A stretch of DNA of 64,000 bases, from contig JAQVCB010000003.1 in NCBI GenBank assembly GCA_028689995.1, positions 1,291 through 65,290 on the forward strand. The letters are read 5' to 3'. Of this stretch, positions 1-10,982 are shown piece by piece. The number at the start of each line of letters is the position of its first letter. Within the stretch, counting starts at the first letter, position 1. The DNA is from Candidatus Gastranaerophilales bacterium (GTDB lineage: Bacteria > Cyanobacteriota > Vampirovibrionia > Gastranaerophilales > UBA9579). Below the pieces are notes generated by a model. The model was not told the origin of the DNA. It searched no databases and saw only the letters and a list, made by a program, of their open reading frames with translations. The translations under genes and the position numbers were made by a program.

Positions 1-422
1 AGTGCATTAACTTCAGCAGGATCACCGGGACAACAAACTGTCATATTTGGCAATGACCTCATAATAGCAATATCCTCAACAGAATGATGTGTCGTTCCTG
101 CTGCTCCGTAGGATAAACCGGCTCCGACTCCTATTATTTTTACATTTGTATTCATATAAGCAATATCCAACCTGATTTGTTCAAAACATCTCATTGTTAT
201 AAAAGGAATAATACTATATATGTATACATGTTTACCTGATAAAGCCAGTCCTGATGCAATCCCTATTGCATTTTGTTCGGCTATTCCTACATTAAGAAAC
301 CTTTCAGGGAATTTTTCAGCAAATTTTTCCAGAATATAAAAGCCAAGATCAGGAGTTATTAAAAAAATCTTTTTATCATCTTCTGCCTGCTCAATTAAAC
401 AATTTATAAAGTTGTTTCTCAT
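1..422 (-). CDS. Transketolase C-terminal (pyrimidine-binding) subunit; the 3' end runs off the window
   Basis: Own minus-strand translation from the ATG at 422-420: MRNNFINCLIEQAEDDKKIFLITPDLGF...FLNVGIAEQNAIGIASGLALSGK...GAGLSYGAAGTTHHSVEDIAIMRSLPNM. This is typical of a transketolase/DXS Pyr domain. It lies directly downstream of the N-terminal subunit gene. It is not in the ORF track because no stop falls in the window. Confidence 0.75.
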   Translation of the reverse strand, partial: MRNNFINCLIEQAEDDKKIFLITPDLGFYILEKFAEKFPERFLNVGIAEQNAIGIASGLALSGKHVYIYSIIPFITMRCFEQIRLDIAYMNTNVKIIGVGAGLSYGAAGTTHHSVEDIAIMRSLPNMTVCCPGDPAEVNA

Positions 423-455
423 TAGTACAATATATTCCTTAAAATTATGTTTATT

Positions 456-1259
456 TTAACTGTTTTGCTTATTAGATATGATATTTAGTTCATTTATAGC
501 TTGTTTATATTGATTTTCATTCGGCGATTTATAATGCCACTCAAGTTTATTTTCCATAAATGAAATATCTTTTCCTTTTACAGTGTTAGCAATAAGTATT
601 TTGGGACACAAAGATTCTTTTTTCAATGAATCATTCAGTTTTTGAACATCATGCCCGTCAACTTCCATAACTTCCCAGCCAAAACTTTGCCATCTTTCAA
701 TCATATTTGATTGATTAATAATTTCGTTTGTATATCCAAAACCCTGTAATTTATTATAATCAATAATTACTGTAAGATTATTCAGCTTAAGAGTTGGAGC
801 TATCATTGCTGCTTCCCAGATAGATCCCTCGTTGCATTCCCCATCTCCAATTAAAACAAATATTTTACCGGAATTATTATCAATTTTGTTAGCTAAAGCC
901 ATACCAACACCTATTGAAAGACCATGACCAAGAGATCCTGCTGAAATCTCAATACCTGGAACAGATTGCATATCAAGATGACCCGGTAAAACTCCATCAT
1001 CAATATAGTATTTATCTAATAACTTTTTAGGAAAAAACCCTCTTTCTGCAAGAGTAGCATACAAGGCTGCACTGGCATGGCCTTTACTGAGAATAAATTT
1101 ATCTCTGTTTTTCTTTTCAGGATTTGAGGGATCAATGTGTAACACTTTAAAATATAGTGTATAAAGGATTTCCACGATTGATAAACAGGCTCCTATATGT
1201 GATGCCATTGAGTAATGAGCCATATATACTATTGATTTTCTTATTTCATTAGTTATCAT
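456..1259 (-). CDS. Transketolase N-terminal (thiamine-diphosphate-binding) subunit
   Basis: 267 aa with LSKGHASAALYA, GSLGHGLSIGVGMA and the TPP motif GDGECNEGSIWEA. It pairs with the downstream C-terminal subunit gene (split transketolase). Confidence 0.85.
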   Translation of the reverse strand: MITNEIRKSIVYMAHYSMASHIGACLSIVEILYTLYFKVLHIDPSNPEKKNRDKFILSKGHASAALYATLAERGFFPKKLLDKYYIDDGVLPGHLDMQSVPGIEISAGSLGHGLSIGVGMALANKIDNNSGKIFVLIGDGECNEGSIWEAAMIAPTLKLNNLTVIIDYNKLQGFGYTNEIINQSNMIERWQSFGWEVMEVDGHDVQKLNDSLKKESLCPKILIANTVKGKDISFMENKLEWHYKSPNENQYKQAINELNIISNKQNS

Positions 1260-1265
1260 ATATTT

Positions 1266-2633
1266 TTATTTCTTATTATGAAAATAAATTCTAAATTTAT
1301 TTATTATGTAATTTATATCTTTTTCCGTCATTCCCGGCCAGACACCTGTCCAGAATGTTGAATTCATAACTATATCAGTATTTGGCAGTAACTTATAGTG
1401 TTCTTCCTTGAGTTCCTGAGAATTAAGCAGAGTGGAATTGCTGATTTTAAGTTTTATATTGTCGTCCACAAAAGCAGGCTGTCTGAGTATATTACCTGCA
1501 AATAGCTGTCTTGTTCCAATTTTATTATCTTCAAGATATTTACAAAGATCAATTTTATTAAATCCTGAATTTTCTTTTATTGTAATCAAAAATCCAAACC
1601 AGGATGGATCAGCATTTTCGATTATTTCAGGAAGTATCAGATAATCTTCAAATTCTTTCAATCCTTCAAAAAGTAATTTAAAATTTTCTTTTCTCTTTTT
1701 AACAAATTTATCAAGCTTGGCAAGTTGTGATAATCCTATAGCTGCCTGCCAATCAGTAATTTTAAGGTTATAACCGGTATGAGAATATGTATATTTGTGA
1801 TCATAACCAAAAGGAAGGTTGCCTAACTGCATATTAAAACGATTTTTACAGGTATTATCTTTTCCGGGCGGACACCAGCAATCTCTGCCCCAGTCCCTGT
1901 ATGACATAATTATCCTGTAAAGATTACTATCGCTGGTAATAAGTGCTCCGCCTTCTCCCATTGTTATATGATGAGCAGGGTAGAAACTTAAAGTTCCAAT
2001 ATGTCCGAATGAACCGGTATATTTATCTTTGTATTTTGAACCAAGAGCGTCACAATTATCTTCAATCAGCCATAAGTTATGTTTTTGGCAAATTTCAAGA
2101 ATTTTATCAATATTAAAAGGATTTCCAAGTGTATGAGCAATAAATATTGCCCTGGTTTTTTCTGTTATAGATTCTTCGATTAAGTCGGGATTGATATTGT
2201 ATGTTCCAATTTCAACATCAACAAAAACAGGAATTAATCCGTTTTGTATTATTGGATTTATTGTAGTTGGAAAGCCTGCTGCAACAGTAATTACTTCATC
2301 ATCTTTCTTTAATCTTCTTTCTCCGAGTTTATGAGATGTAAGTGCTGATAAAGCCAGAAGATTTGCAGAAGATCCTGAATTGGTTGTCAAAATATATTTA
2401 ACACCAAGATAATCAGCAAGTTTCTTCTCAAATTCATCGTTAAATCTTCCTGTGGTTAGCCACATGTCAAGGCTTGCATCAATGAGATTTGACAGGTCTT
2501 TGTCATCTAAAACTTTGCCTGATGCAGGAATATAGTCAGAATTCCTTTTATTTGGATTTACTGTATTGAAATAAAGTTTGGACGTTAATTTAATTGCATT
2601 TCTTAATATTTTTTCAATGATAGTTTTTTTCAT
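1266..2633 (-). CDS. rfbH: CDP-4-keto-6-deoxy-D-glucose 3-dehydratase (E1; RfbH/DdhC/AscC type), DegT-fold
   Basis: 455 aa DegT/DnrJ-fold protein. The active site reads LSFYPAHHITMGEGG, with His where aminotransferases have the Schiff-base Lys. It also has CWCPPGKDNTC (C-x-C-x7-C), the E1-type [2Fe-2S] motif. The gene is adjacent to rfbF. Confidence 0.85.
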   Translation of the reverse strand: MKKTIIEKILRNAIKLTSKLYFNTVNPNKRNSDYIPASGKVLDDKDLSNLIDASLDMWLTTGRFNDEFEKKLADYLGVKYILTTNSGSSANLLALSALTSHKLGERRLKKDDEVITVAAGFPTTINPIIQNGLIPVFVDVEIGTYNINPDLIEESITEKTRAIFIAHTLGNPFNIDKILEICQKHNLWLIEDNCDALGSKYKDKYTGSFGHIGTLSFYPAHHITMGEGGALITSDSNLYRIIMSYRDWGRDCWCPPGKDNTCKNRFNMQLGNLPFGYDHKYTYSHTGYNLKITDWQAAIGLSQLAKLDKFVKKRKENFKLLFEGLKEFEDYLILPEIIENADPSWFGFLITIKENSGFNKIDLCKYLEDNKIGTRQLFAGNILRQPAFVDDNIKLKISNSTLLNSQELKEEHYKLLPNTDIVMNSTFWTGVWPGMTEKDINYIINKFRIYFHNKK

Positions 2634-2711
2634 ATTGATTATCTGCTCTAAATCCTTTAAATAATTTCTTCTACAGCTATATTATAAGCATAAATTGGTT
2701 TTCTATTGATT

Positions 2712-3485
2712 TTATTGCCAAATTTTCCATGGTGCATTATTGCTATTCCAGAGTTTTTCGAGTTCAATTTTATCTCTTAATGTATCCATTGGTTTCCAAA
2801 AATCATGATGCTTAAAAGCAGCTAACTGGTTATTTTTTGCCAAATTTTCCATGGAATCTTTTTCCCATACAGTATTATCATCTTTAATATAATTGAATAT
2901 ATCCGGTTCAAGAACAAAGAAACCACCATTTATCCAAGCTCCATCTCCTTTTGGTTTTTCATGAAAAGAAAGAATATTGTTGTTATTATCAATATTTAAC
3001 GCACCAAATTTCCCCATAGGCATTATTGCTGTTAAAGTTACAAATTTTCCGGTTTTTTTATGAAAGTTAATTAATTCGGGAATATTTATATTGCTAACGC
3101 CATCACCGTAAGTCAGCATAAAAGTTTCATTATTAAGGTATTTTTGTACTCTTTTAATACGTCCACCTGTCATAGTATTTAACCCTGTATCAATAAGTGT
3201 TATTTTCCAGGGTTCCGCCTTTGAAATATGTGTTTCTATACTGTTATTTTCAAGATCAATAGTAACATCGGATTGATGAAGAAAATAATTAGCAAAATAT
3301 TCTTTAATGAGATAACCTTTGTAACCTAAAAGAATTATAAAATCATTGAATCCATAGTGAGAGTATAATTTCATTATATGCCAAAGAATTGGTTTACCAC
3401 CGATTTCTATCATAGGTTTCGGCTTTATATCAGTTTCTTCACTAATTCTGGTTCCAAGTCCACCAGCTAATAATACAACTTTCAA
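2712..3485 (-). CDS. rfbF: Glucose-1-phosphate cytidylyltransferase
   Basis: 257 aa. N-terminus MKVVLLAGGLGTRISEETDIKPKPMIEIGGKPILWHIM is a nucleotidyltransferase G-loop, and the length and pattern are RfbF-like. Confidence 0.9.
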   Translation of the reverse strand: MKVVLLAGGLGTRISEETDIKPKPMIEIGGKPILWHIMKLYSHYGFNDFIILLGYKGYLIKEYFANYFLHQSDVTIDLENNSIETHISKAEPWKITLIDTGLNTMTGGRIKRVQKYLNNETFMLTYGDGVSNINIPELINFHKKTGKFVTLTAIMPMGKFGALNIDNNNNILSFHEKPKGDGAWINGGFFVLEPDIFNYIKDDNTVWEKDSMENLAKNNQLAAFKHHDFWKPMDTLRDKIELEKLWNSNNAPWKIWQ

Positions 3486-3677
3486 TTTAATTTCTCACTC
3501 ATTTTAATTACTAAAATTAATCATATTATAGTTGAAAAGTTAAAAAAAATGTTAACAATGTTGAAAAGCTATTAAATTTATCGGAAAATGCTTTTAATGT
3601 AGTATTGAACTTTGACAGGGAAAGTACATATAGAACTTCTATAAAAATACTGAAAGAGCTATAAAGACAGGAATAAT

Positions 3678-4244
3678 ATGCCATTTGAATTTAAAAAAAC
3701 AGAAATACCTGAAGTTTTGATTATAACCCCGAGAGTTTTTGATGATGAAAGAGGATTTTTCTTAGAATCGTACAAGCTTTCAGAATTTATTAACAATGGA
3801 ATAAATGAAAAATTTGTTCAGGACAATCATTCAAAATCTACCATAGGTGTTTTAAGGGGGCTTCATTATCAAAAGGATCCTAAAGCACAGGGGAAATTAA
3901 TCAGATGCATTAACGGGAAAATCTTTGATGTTGCTGTTGACATAAGAAAGAATTCGCCAACTTTCGGAAAATGGGTTGGAGAAATCTTATCTTCGGAAAA
4001 TAAAAAAATGCTCTATATCCCAGCAGGTTTTGCCCATGGTTTTCTTGTATTAAGCGAAGTTGCGGAACTGTTTTATAAATCAACGGAAGAATATTCACCT
4101 GAAAATGATCGGGGAATCAAATGGAATGATCCTGAAATAAATATTGATTGGGGAACTAAAAATCCTGTAATCTCGGAAAAAGATAAAAATTTACCATTCC
4201 TGAAAAATGCGGATATTAATTTTAACTATGGAGAAAAGGTATGA
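3678..4244 (+). CDS. rfbC: dTDP-4-dehydrorhamnose 3,5-epimerase
   Basis: 188 aa cupin with DERGFF, RGLHYQ and AHGF motifs. It is the first gene of an rfbC-B-D-A operon and its TGA stop overlaps the next ATG (ATGA). Confidence 0.9.
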   Translation: MPFEFKKTEIPEVLIITPRVFDDERGFFLESYKLSEFINNGINEKFVQDNHSKSTIGVLRGLHYQKDPKAQGKLIRCINGKIFDVAVDIRKNSPTFGKWVGEILSSENKKMLYIPAGFAHGFLVLSEVAELFYKSTEEYSPENDRGIKWNDPEINIDWGTKNPVISEKDKNLPFLKNADINFNYGEKV

Positions 4245-5221
4245 AGCTTCTTGTAACAGGTGGAGCGGGCTTTATTGGAAGCTGCTTTATCAGGCATATC
4301 ATCGATAAATATCCTGATTACAAAATTATAAATCTTGATTTGTTGACCTATGCAGGAAATATTGACAATTTAAAAGATATTGAAAATAATCCTAATTATA
4401 CTTTTGTTCAGGGAAATATCTGTGACAAAAAGCTTGTGGCTGATCTTATGAGTCAGGTTGACTGTTGTTTGAACTTTGCGGCTGAAACACATGTTGACAG
4501 AAGCATCACAGGTCCTGAAATTTTCGTTTATACAAATATTTTGGGGACTCAAAATCTGCTTGAATTTGCAAAAGAGTTTAAAATACAAAGATATATTCAG
4601 GTATCAACAGATGAAGTATACGGAACACTCGGATCTACAGGATATTTTACTGAAACTACTCCTCTTGCACCAAACAGCCCTTATTCTGCAAGTAAGGCAG
4701 GGGCTGATCTTCTTGTAAGGTCATATTTTGAAACCTTTAAAACTCCTGCTCTCATAACAAGATGTTCAAATAATTATGGACCATATCAATACCCTGAAAA
4801 GCTTATACCGCTTTTTATCAAGAATCTTCTCAATAATAAGCAGGTTCCTGTTTATGGTGATGGCATGAATGTCAGAGACTGGCTCTATGTTTATGATCAT
4901 TGCAGCGCAATTGATGCTGTTCTTCATAAGGGAAAAGAAGGAGAAGTCTATAATATTGGCGGAAATAATGAAAAAGCTAATATTGAAATTACAAAGCTCC
5001 TTATTAATGCTCTTGGTAAGGATGAATCTATGATAAATTACGTTGAAGACCGTCTTGGACACGATAGAAGGTACGCTATTGACAGTTCGAAAATTCAAAA
5101 TAAACTTGGCTGGCAGCCGGAAGTCTGTTTTGAAGAAGGTATTAAGTTGACAATAAAATGGTATATCAACAATCAAAAATGGATTGACTCTATAGAAGCT
5201 AAAAAGGGAGCAGTTGTTTAA
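4241..5221 (+). CDS. rfbB: dTDP-glucose 4,6-dehydratase
   Basis: 326 aa SDR with GGAGFIGS, the YSASK catalytic motif and STDEVYG. Confidence 0.92.
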   Translation: MKLLVTGGAGFIGSCFIRHIIDKYPDYKIINLDLLTYAGNIDNLKDIENNPNYTFVQGNICDKKLVADLMSQVDCCLNFAAETHVDRSITGPEIFVYTNILGTQNLLEFAKEFKIQRYIQVSTDEVYGTLGSTGYFTETTPLAPNSPYSASKAGADLLVRSYFETFKTPALITRCSNNYGPYQYPEKLIPLFIKNLLNNKQVPVYGDGMNVRDWLYVYDHCSAIDAVLHKGKEGEVYNIGGNNEKANIEITKLLINALGKDESMINYVEDRLGHDRRYAIDSSKIQNKLGWQPEVCFEEGIKLTIKWYINNQKWIDSIEAKKGAVV

Positions 5222-6045
5222 TGAAGATTCTTGTAACAGGTGCAAATGGTATGCTCGGACAGGATCTTGTTCCTGTATTAAAAAATGCAGGTCATAATGT
5301 GCTTGAAACAGATATTCATAACCTGGATATAACTGATAAAGATCAGGTTTCTAAATATATATTAACCAACAAGCCAGAACTAATAATACATGCAGCTGCA
5401 TACACAAATGTTGATGGAGCTGAAACAGAAACAGAAAAAGCTTTTCTTATAAATCAAACCGGAACTGAAAACATTGCCCTTATTTCAGGCAACTTAAATA
5501 TACCAATTGTCTATATAAGTACAGATTACGTTTTCGACGGCCAAAAAAGTTCTCCTTATTTGCCTGACGATGGAACAAAACCGATTAATGTTTATGGTTA
5601 TTCAAAATTAATGGGTGAAGAAACTGTTAAAGAGCTTAATAGTAAATATTTTATAGTAAGAACAAGCTGGCTGTATGGGCACAAAGGTAAAAACTTTGTT
5701 GAAACAATGATCAATCTTGCAAGAACAAAGCCTGAATTAAGAGTTGTAGAGGATCAGGTTGGATGTCCAACCTGGACTGTGGCTCTGTCAGAAGCTATTT
5801 TAAATCTTATTCATAATGAAAAATATGGCATATATCATGTTTGCGGATCAGGAAGCACCAGTTGGTATGGGTTTGCAACTAAAATACTTGAATTTATGAA
5901 TATTGATATTCCTGTTATTCCTGTTACAAGCGAAGAATTTAAAACAGCAGCAAAAAGACCCAAATATTCAATTATGGACAACGGTGGGCTGTGTCCTGAC
6001 TGGAAGGAATCACTTAAAAAATATATTGAATTGAGAGGTGAATAA
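5221..6045 (+). CDS. rfbD: dTDP-4-dehydrorhamnose reductase
   Basis: 274 aa with GANGMLG and YGYSKLMGE. It overlaps both neighbours (translational coupling). Confidence 0.9.
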   Translation: MKILVTGANGMLGQDLVPVLKNAGHNVLETDIHNLDITDKDQVSKYILTNKPELIIHAAAYTNVDGAETETEKAFLINQTGTENIALISGNLNIPIVYISTDYVFDGQKSSPYLPDDGTKPINVYGYSKLMGEETVKELNSKYFIVRTSWLYGHKGKNFVETMINLARTKPELRVVEDQVGCPTWTVALSEAILNLIHNEKYGIYHVCGSGSTSWYGFATKILEFMNIDIPVIPVTSEEFKTAAKRPKYSIMDNGGLCPDWKESLKKYIELRGE

Positions 6046-6905
6046 TGAAAGGAATTATACTTGCGGGCGGCAGCGGAACACGGTTATATCCGGTGACAAG
6101 GTGTGTTTCCAAACAGCTTTTACCTGTGTATGACAAGCCTTTAATATATTATCCTCTTTCTGTCCTGATGCTTGCAGGCATAAAAGATATTCTGATTATT
6201 TCTACCCCGCAGGATACGCCAAGATTTGAACAGCTTCTTGGAAACGGAAACTCTATTGGTCTTTCAATATCATATAAAGTTCAGCCCTCTCCTGATGGAC
6301 TTGCGCAGGCTTTTATTATTGGTGAAGAATTTATCGGCAGTGATAATGTAGCACTTGTACTGGGAGATAATATATTTTATGGGCAGAGTTTTACAGATCT
6401 GCTTAAGAAAGCTTCTAACAGGGAAAAAGGAGCAACAGTTTTTGCATATAAAGTCAAAGATCCGAATCGTTTTGGAGTTGTAGAATTTGATTCAAATAAT
6501 AAGGCTGTTTCTATTGAAGAAAAACCTCAAATGCCAAAATCAAGTTATGCTGTTACAGGGCTTTATTTTTACGATAATAACGTGATTAAATATGCAAAAA
6601 GCTTAAAGCCTTCGGTAAGAGGCGAGTTGGAAATTACTGATCTTAATAATTTATACCTTAATAACAAGGAATTAAATGTTGAAGTATTCGGCAGAGGCTT
6701 TGCATGGCTTGATACCGGTACTCATGAGTCTTTACTGCAAGCATCTCAATATATTCATACAATTGAAGTAAATCAGGGTGTTAAGGTGGCGTGTCTTGAA
6801 GAGATTGCTTACAGCAAAGGCTTTATATCAAAAGACCTGCTTTTAAAACTGGCCTCTGAATATAATAATGATTTTAAACAATACCTTAAAGCTATTGCAG
6901 GTTAA
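6045..6905 (+). CDS. rfbA: Glucose-1-phosphate thymidylyltransferase
   Basis: 286 aa with [26 protein letters not shown] and [10 protein letters not shown]. Confidence 0.92.
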   Translation: MKGIILAGGSGTRLYPVTRCVSKQLLPVYDKPLIYYPLSVLMLAGIKDILIISTPQDTPRFEQLLGNGNSIGLSISYKVQPSPDGLAQAFIIGEEFIGSDNVALVLGDNIFYGQSFTDLLKKASNREKGATVFAYKVKDPNRFGVVEFDSNNKAVSIEEKPQMPKSSYAVTGLYFYDNNVIKYAKSLKPSVRGELEITDLNNLYLNNKELNVEVFGRGFAWLDTGTHESLLQASQYIHTIEVNQGVKVACLEEIAYSKGFISKDLLLKLASEYNNDFKQYLKAIAG

Positions 6906-8692
6906 ACTTCAACAGTAATTTGTTCTTTTTCTTTTTGCTTAAATTGTGCATAGTAAAGATTTTTGTATATGCCATCTGTTTTTGCAACAAGATCATCGTG
7001 GCTTCCCGTTTCAACAATATGTCCATCATCAATAACAGCTATTCTTGTTGCATTTTTAACAGTCGAAAGTCTGTGTGCTATAACAAAAACAGTTCTATTC
7101 TGCATAAGACTGTCAATAGCTTTTTGAACTATGGCTTCTGATTTATTGTCAAGTGCACTTGTTGCTTCATCAAGAATTACAATGGGAGCATTTTTAATAA
7201 GCGCTCTTGCAATAGCAACCCTCTGCTTTTGACCCCCTGAAAGAAGAACACCTCTTTCGCCTATCTGAGTATCAAGTCCTTTTTCAAGAGTAGTAATGAA
7301 TTCATCAAGGAAAGAGTCTCTAATTGCTTTTTGCAGTTCTTCTTCTGTTGCATCAGCATTACCTAAAAGAATATTGTCTCTTATAGTGCCATCAAAAAGG
7401 AAATTGTCCTGAAAAACAACAGCTATGTTATTTCTTAACGAATCCAGTTTAATATTCCTGATATCAACATCATCAATTTTTATACTGCCTTCAAGAACAT
7501 CATAAAATCTGGGAATAAGATTAACTATAGTTGACTTTCCTCCTCCAGAGTTGCCAACCAGAGCTAAAGTCTCGCCTATTTTTACGTCAAGATTAATATT
7601 ATTTAATATTGGCTTATCTTTTTCATATTCAAACCTGACATTTTCAAATTTGATACCGTTTTGAACATTTTGAACTTCAACCGCATCATGTTTATCTTTA
7701 ATTTGAGTCTTATAATCAAGAAGCTCAAGTATTCTACCTATTGCGAAAAACGAGTTTTGAGCTTGAATAACTGTTCCGCCAATTCCTCTCATAGGATTAT
7801 ATAATGCAATTAATGCAAGTACAAAAGAAGCAAAACTTCCTGCTGTAAGTTTATTCGATGTAATAAGATAACTACCAAAGCCTACAACTATTGCGATACC
7901 TATGGATGCTATGATGTGCATGATTGGACCGAGCCATCCACTGATTTGAGCACTTTTCATACTCAGTCTGAATGCATTATTAATACTTCCCATGAATTTT
8001 TTTTCCTGAGTATCCTGTAAGTTGTATGCAGCAACAATTCTGTTACCGGAACAAGATTCGTTAAAATTGGTATAAACATGACTGTTGACTTTTACACCTT
8101 CTTCCGAGATGTATTTTAGTTTTTTACGAAGTTTTGCTAAAGGCAGAAAAGAAGAAACAAGAACAATTACTGCGATTATTGCAAGTTGCCAGGAATTATA
8201 AATAAGAACTCCAATCAATGCTATTGATGTAAAAATTCTTTGTAAAAATGTTCTTACATTGCCAATTAGTCCATTAGAAGCAGAATCAACATCACTTAAA
8301 AATCTTGAAACTATGTAACCTGTTGCATTTTTGTCATAAAATGCCGTTTCAAGTTTTAATAATTTGTTAAATAATTCTCTTTTAATATCATTTGTGATTT
8401 TCATGCCAACCCAGTTGTTTGTATAGGTTGAGATATAGTTAAGAATTCCCTGAACAAGTGCAAATACTATTATTCCTATAGTAAAATATTGTGCCATATG
8501 AACGTTTTTACCAACAAGAACCCCATCTGTAAAAGGTTTTATTGACCATGCCATCAAACCTTCCATTGCACCTATAGGAAGTGAAATAAAAGTAGCAACT
8601 AAAACCCTGAACATATAAGGTTTTACATAAAGAAAAAGTCTTTTATAGTAATATATAAAGTCATCTTTAAATATTTTTTTATACAATTTCAT
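6902..8692 (-). CDS. ABC exporter, fused permease/ATPase (MsbA/lipid-flippase-like)
   Basis: 596 aa. A six-helix TMD is followed by an NBD with Walker [10 protein letters not shown], signature LSGGQKQR and Walker [11 protein letters not shown]. Confidence 0.85.
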   Translation of the reverse strand: MKLYKKIFKDDFIYYYKRLFLYVKPYMFRVLVATFISLPIGAMEGLMAWSIKPFTDGVLVGKNVHMAQYFTIGIIVFALVQGILNYISTYTNNWVGMKITNDIKRELFNKLLKLETAFYDKNATGYIVSRFLSDVDSASNGLIGNVRTFLQRIFTSIALIGVLIYNSWQLAIIAVIVLVSSFLPLAKLRKKLKYISEEGVKVNSHVYTNFNESCSGNRIVAAYNLQDTQEKKFMGSINNAFRLSMKSAQISGWLGPIMHIIASIGIAIVVGFGSYLITSNKLTAGSFASFVLALIALYNPMRGIGGTVIQAQNSFFAIGRILELLDYKTQIKDKHDAVEVQNVQNGIKFENVRFEYEKDKPILNNINLDVKIGETLALVGNSGGGKSTIVNLIPRFYDVLEGSIKIDDVDIRNIKLDSLRNNIAVVFQDNFLFDGTIRDNILLGNADATEEELQKAIRDSFLDEFITTLEKGLDTQIGERGVLLSGGQKQRVAIARALIKNAPIVILDEATSALDNKSEAIVQKAIDSLMQNRTVFVIAHRLSTVKNATRIAVIDDGHIVETGSHDDLVAKTDGIYKNLYYAQFKQKEKEQITVEV

Positions 8693-8716
8693 CTAAAACT
8701 CCAGTTTTTATAATGT

Positions 8717-8872
8717 GATATCTAGTCTTCAACCCTATCGGCCGTGCCAAGACATGAATGAGCTAAAAAGAAAACTTCTCGTTTTTTTAAACGCTCCCGC
8801 TTCGCATGTTTTACAAGGGTCGACCGCAAATTTCTGATATTTTACAAAAATTTAAGTTATACTACGGTCGCG
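8717..8872 (-). repeat. Diverged, shorter copy of the 204-bp MITE-like intergenic element (family also at 27413-27616 and 38217-38420)
   Basis: Shares blocks with the other copies in the same order as the 38.2-kb copy: ...gaatgag..., ...aacgctcccgcttcgc..., ttttacaagggtcgaccgcaaat..., ...agttata..acggtc. Confidence 0.6.
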
Positions 8873-9029
8873 TATTTAAACATTATCATATTATAGATAT
8901 AATTTTGTGGCATGTATTTTGTTTGAGTCTTCATAAGTCAAACTTCTTAATAAAATGCCATTTTATATACAATTAATGTAAAATTATTATTAAATAATAA
9001 GAATTTTAATTTTTAAAAGGAAATTATAC

Positions 9030-10034
9030 ATGGTAAAAAAAGCGTTTATAACTGGAATTACAGGACAAGATGGTTCGTATCTTGCAGAATTTTTATTGGA
9101 AAAAGGGTATGAAGTACATGGAATAATAAGACGATCAAGTTCATTTAATACAGGAAGGATTGATCATCTGTTTCAGGATCCTCATATTCAGGGAGTAAAA
9201 TTATTTCTTCATTACGGCGATCTTTCAGATGCGTCCAGCGTATCAAGATTGTTGGAAAAAGTCGCACCGGATGAAATATATAATCTTGGGGCACAGAGTC
9301 ATGTAAGAGTTAGCTTTGATATTCCCGAATATACCGGTGATATTGTTGGACTCGGAACGCTTAGGCTTCTTGATGCCATTAAGGAAACACAGATTAAAAC
9401 CAGATTTTATCAGGCATCATCAAGTGAAATGTATGGAAAAGTTCTGGAAGTTCCTCAGACAGAAAAGACGCCATTCTATCCCAGAAGCCCTTATGCCTGT
9501 GCAAAGGTTTATGCATATTGGTTAACAGTTAATTACAGGGAATCCTATAATCTTTTTGCCTGCAATGGTGTACTATTTAACCATGAATCTCCTAGAAGGG
9601 GCGAAACTTTTGTAACAAGGAAAATTACACAAGCACTGGCTAAAATTGTTGCAGGTAAACAGGATAAACTTTATCTGGGAAATCTTGATTCAAAAAGGGA
9701 CTGGGGCTACGCAAAAGATTATGTTGAAGCTATGTGGTTAATGCTTCAGTATGATAAGCCTGATGATTATGTCATAGCTACAGGTGAAACTTTCTCAGTA
9801 AGAGAATTTCTTGAAGAAGCTTTTTCTTATGTAAACCTTGACTGGGAAAAGTTTGTTGAGATAGATCCCAGATACTTCAGACCTGCAGAAGTTGATCTTT
9901 TAATAGGTAACCCGGCAAAAGCCAAAGAACAACTCGGATGGGAACCAAAAGTTAAATTCAGAGAACTTGTAAAACTTATGGTAGAAGCTGATTTAAAAGC
10001 TGAAGACTTAGAATCTCAGTTGTTAGCAAGGTGA
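9030..10034 (+). CDS. gmd: GDP-mannose 4,6-dehydratase
   Basis: 334 aa with [41 protein letters not shown] and NHESPRRG. Confidence 0.92.
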   Translation: MVKKAFITGITGQDGSYLAEFLLEKGYEVHGIIRRSSSFNTGRIDHLFQDPHIQGVKLFLHYGDLSDASSVSRLLEKVAPDEIYNLGAQSHVRVSFDIPEYTGDIVGLGTLRLLDAIKETQIKTRFYQASSSEMYGKVLEVPQTEKTPFYPRSPYACAKVYAYWLTVNYRESYNLFACNGVLFNHESPRRGETFVTRKITQALAKIVAGKQDKLYLGNLDSKRDWGYAKDYVEAMWLMLQYDKPDDYVIATGETFSVREFLEEAFSYVNLDWEKFVEIDPRYFRPAEVDLLIGNPAKAKEQLGWEPKVKFRELVKLMVEADLKAEDLESQLLAR

Positions 10035-10040
10035 TAACTT

Positions 10041-10982
10041 ATGCGAATTCTAATAACCGGTTCAACCGGCATGGTCGGAAAAAATCTGCTTGAACATCCA
10101 GATATAAAAAAACATGATGTTTTAACTCCATCAAGTAAAGAGCTTAATTTGCTTGATGATAAGATAGTTTTTGATTATCTTACTTCTAATAAACCGAATA
10201 TTATTATACATGCCGCTGGAAAAGTTGGTGGAATTCAGGTGAATATGAAAAATCCTACATCTTTTCTGATTGAAAATATAAATATGGGCATAAACCTGGT
10301 AATGTCAGCAAAAAAAACAAATATTAAAAGGTTTTTAAACCTTGGAAGTTCTTGCATGTATCCAAGAGATGCACAAAATCCTTTAAATGAGGAGTTAATT
10401 CTTAAAGGTGAACTGGAACCTACCAATGAAGGTTATGCTATAGCTAAAGTTACAATAGCAAGGCTGTGTGAATATATATCCAGAGAAGATCCGACTTTTT
10501 ATTATAAAACATTAATACCTTGTAACTTATACGGTAAGTGGGATAAATTTGATCCTTCTCATTCGCATATGATTCCGGCAGTCATTAAAAAAATTCATGA
10601 AGCAAAGATAAACAAACAGGATTCAATAGAAATATGGGGAGACGGTAAAGCAAGACGGGAATTTTTGTATGCGGGTGATCTTGCAGATTGTATTCTTCAG
10701 TCAATACAAAATTTTGACTCAGTACCAACTTATATGAATGTGGGGTTAGGTTTCGATTTTACAATAAATGAATATTATGAAATTATTGGCAAAGTAGTAG
10801 GGTTTACGGGAGAATTTACCCATGATCTGTCAAAACCCGTGGGAATGAAGCAAAAGCTTGTCGATATATCAAAATTAAACCAATTTGGGTGGAAATATAA
10901 AACAAATCTTGAGGAAGGAATAAAGAAAACATATGAGTTTTACCTCGAAAATGAAAAAGATCAATTATCAATTAGCCAGTAG
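10041..10982 (+). CDS. fcl: GDP-4-keto-6-deoxymannose epimerase/reductase (GDP-L-fucose synthase Fcl, or ColC-type GDP-L-colitose synthase)
   Basis: 313 aa SDR with ITGSTGMVG, SSCMYP and YAIAK. It sits between gmd and a ColD-like dehydratase gene, so ColC function is equally possible. Confidence 0.8.
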   Translation: MRILITGSTGMVGKNLLEHPDIKKHDVLTPSSKELNLLDDKIVFDYLTSNKPNIIIHAAGKVGGIQVNMKNPTSFLIENINMGINLVMSAKKTNIKRFLNLGSSCMYPRDAQNPLNEELILKGELEPTNEGYAIAKVTIARLCEYISREDPTFYYKTLIPCNLYGKWDKFDPSHSHMIPAVIKKIHEAKINKQDSIEIWGDGKARREFLYAGDLADCILQSIQNFDSVPTYMNVGLGFDFTINEYYEIIGKVVGFTGEFTHDLSKPVGMKQKLVDISKLNQFGWKYKTNLEEGIKKTYEFYLENEKDQLSISQ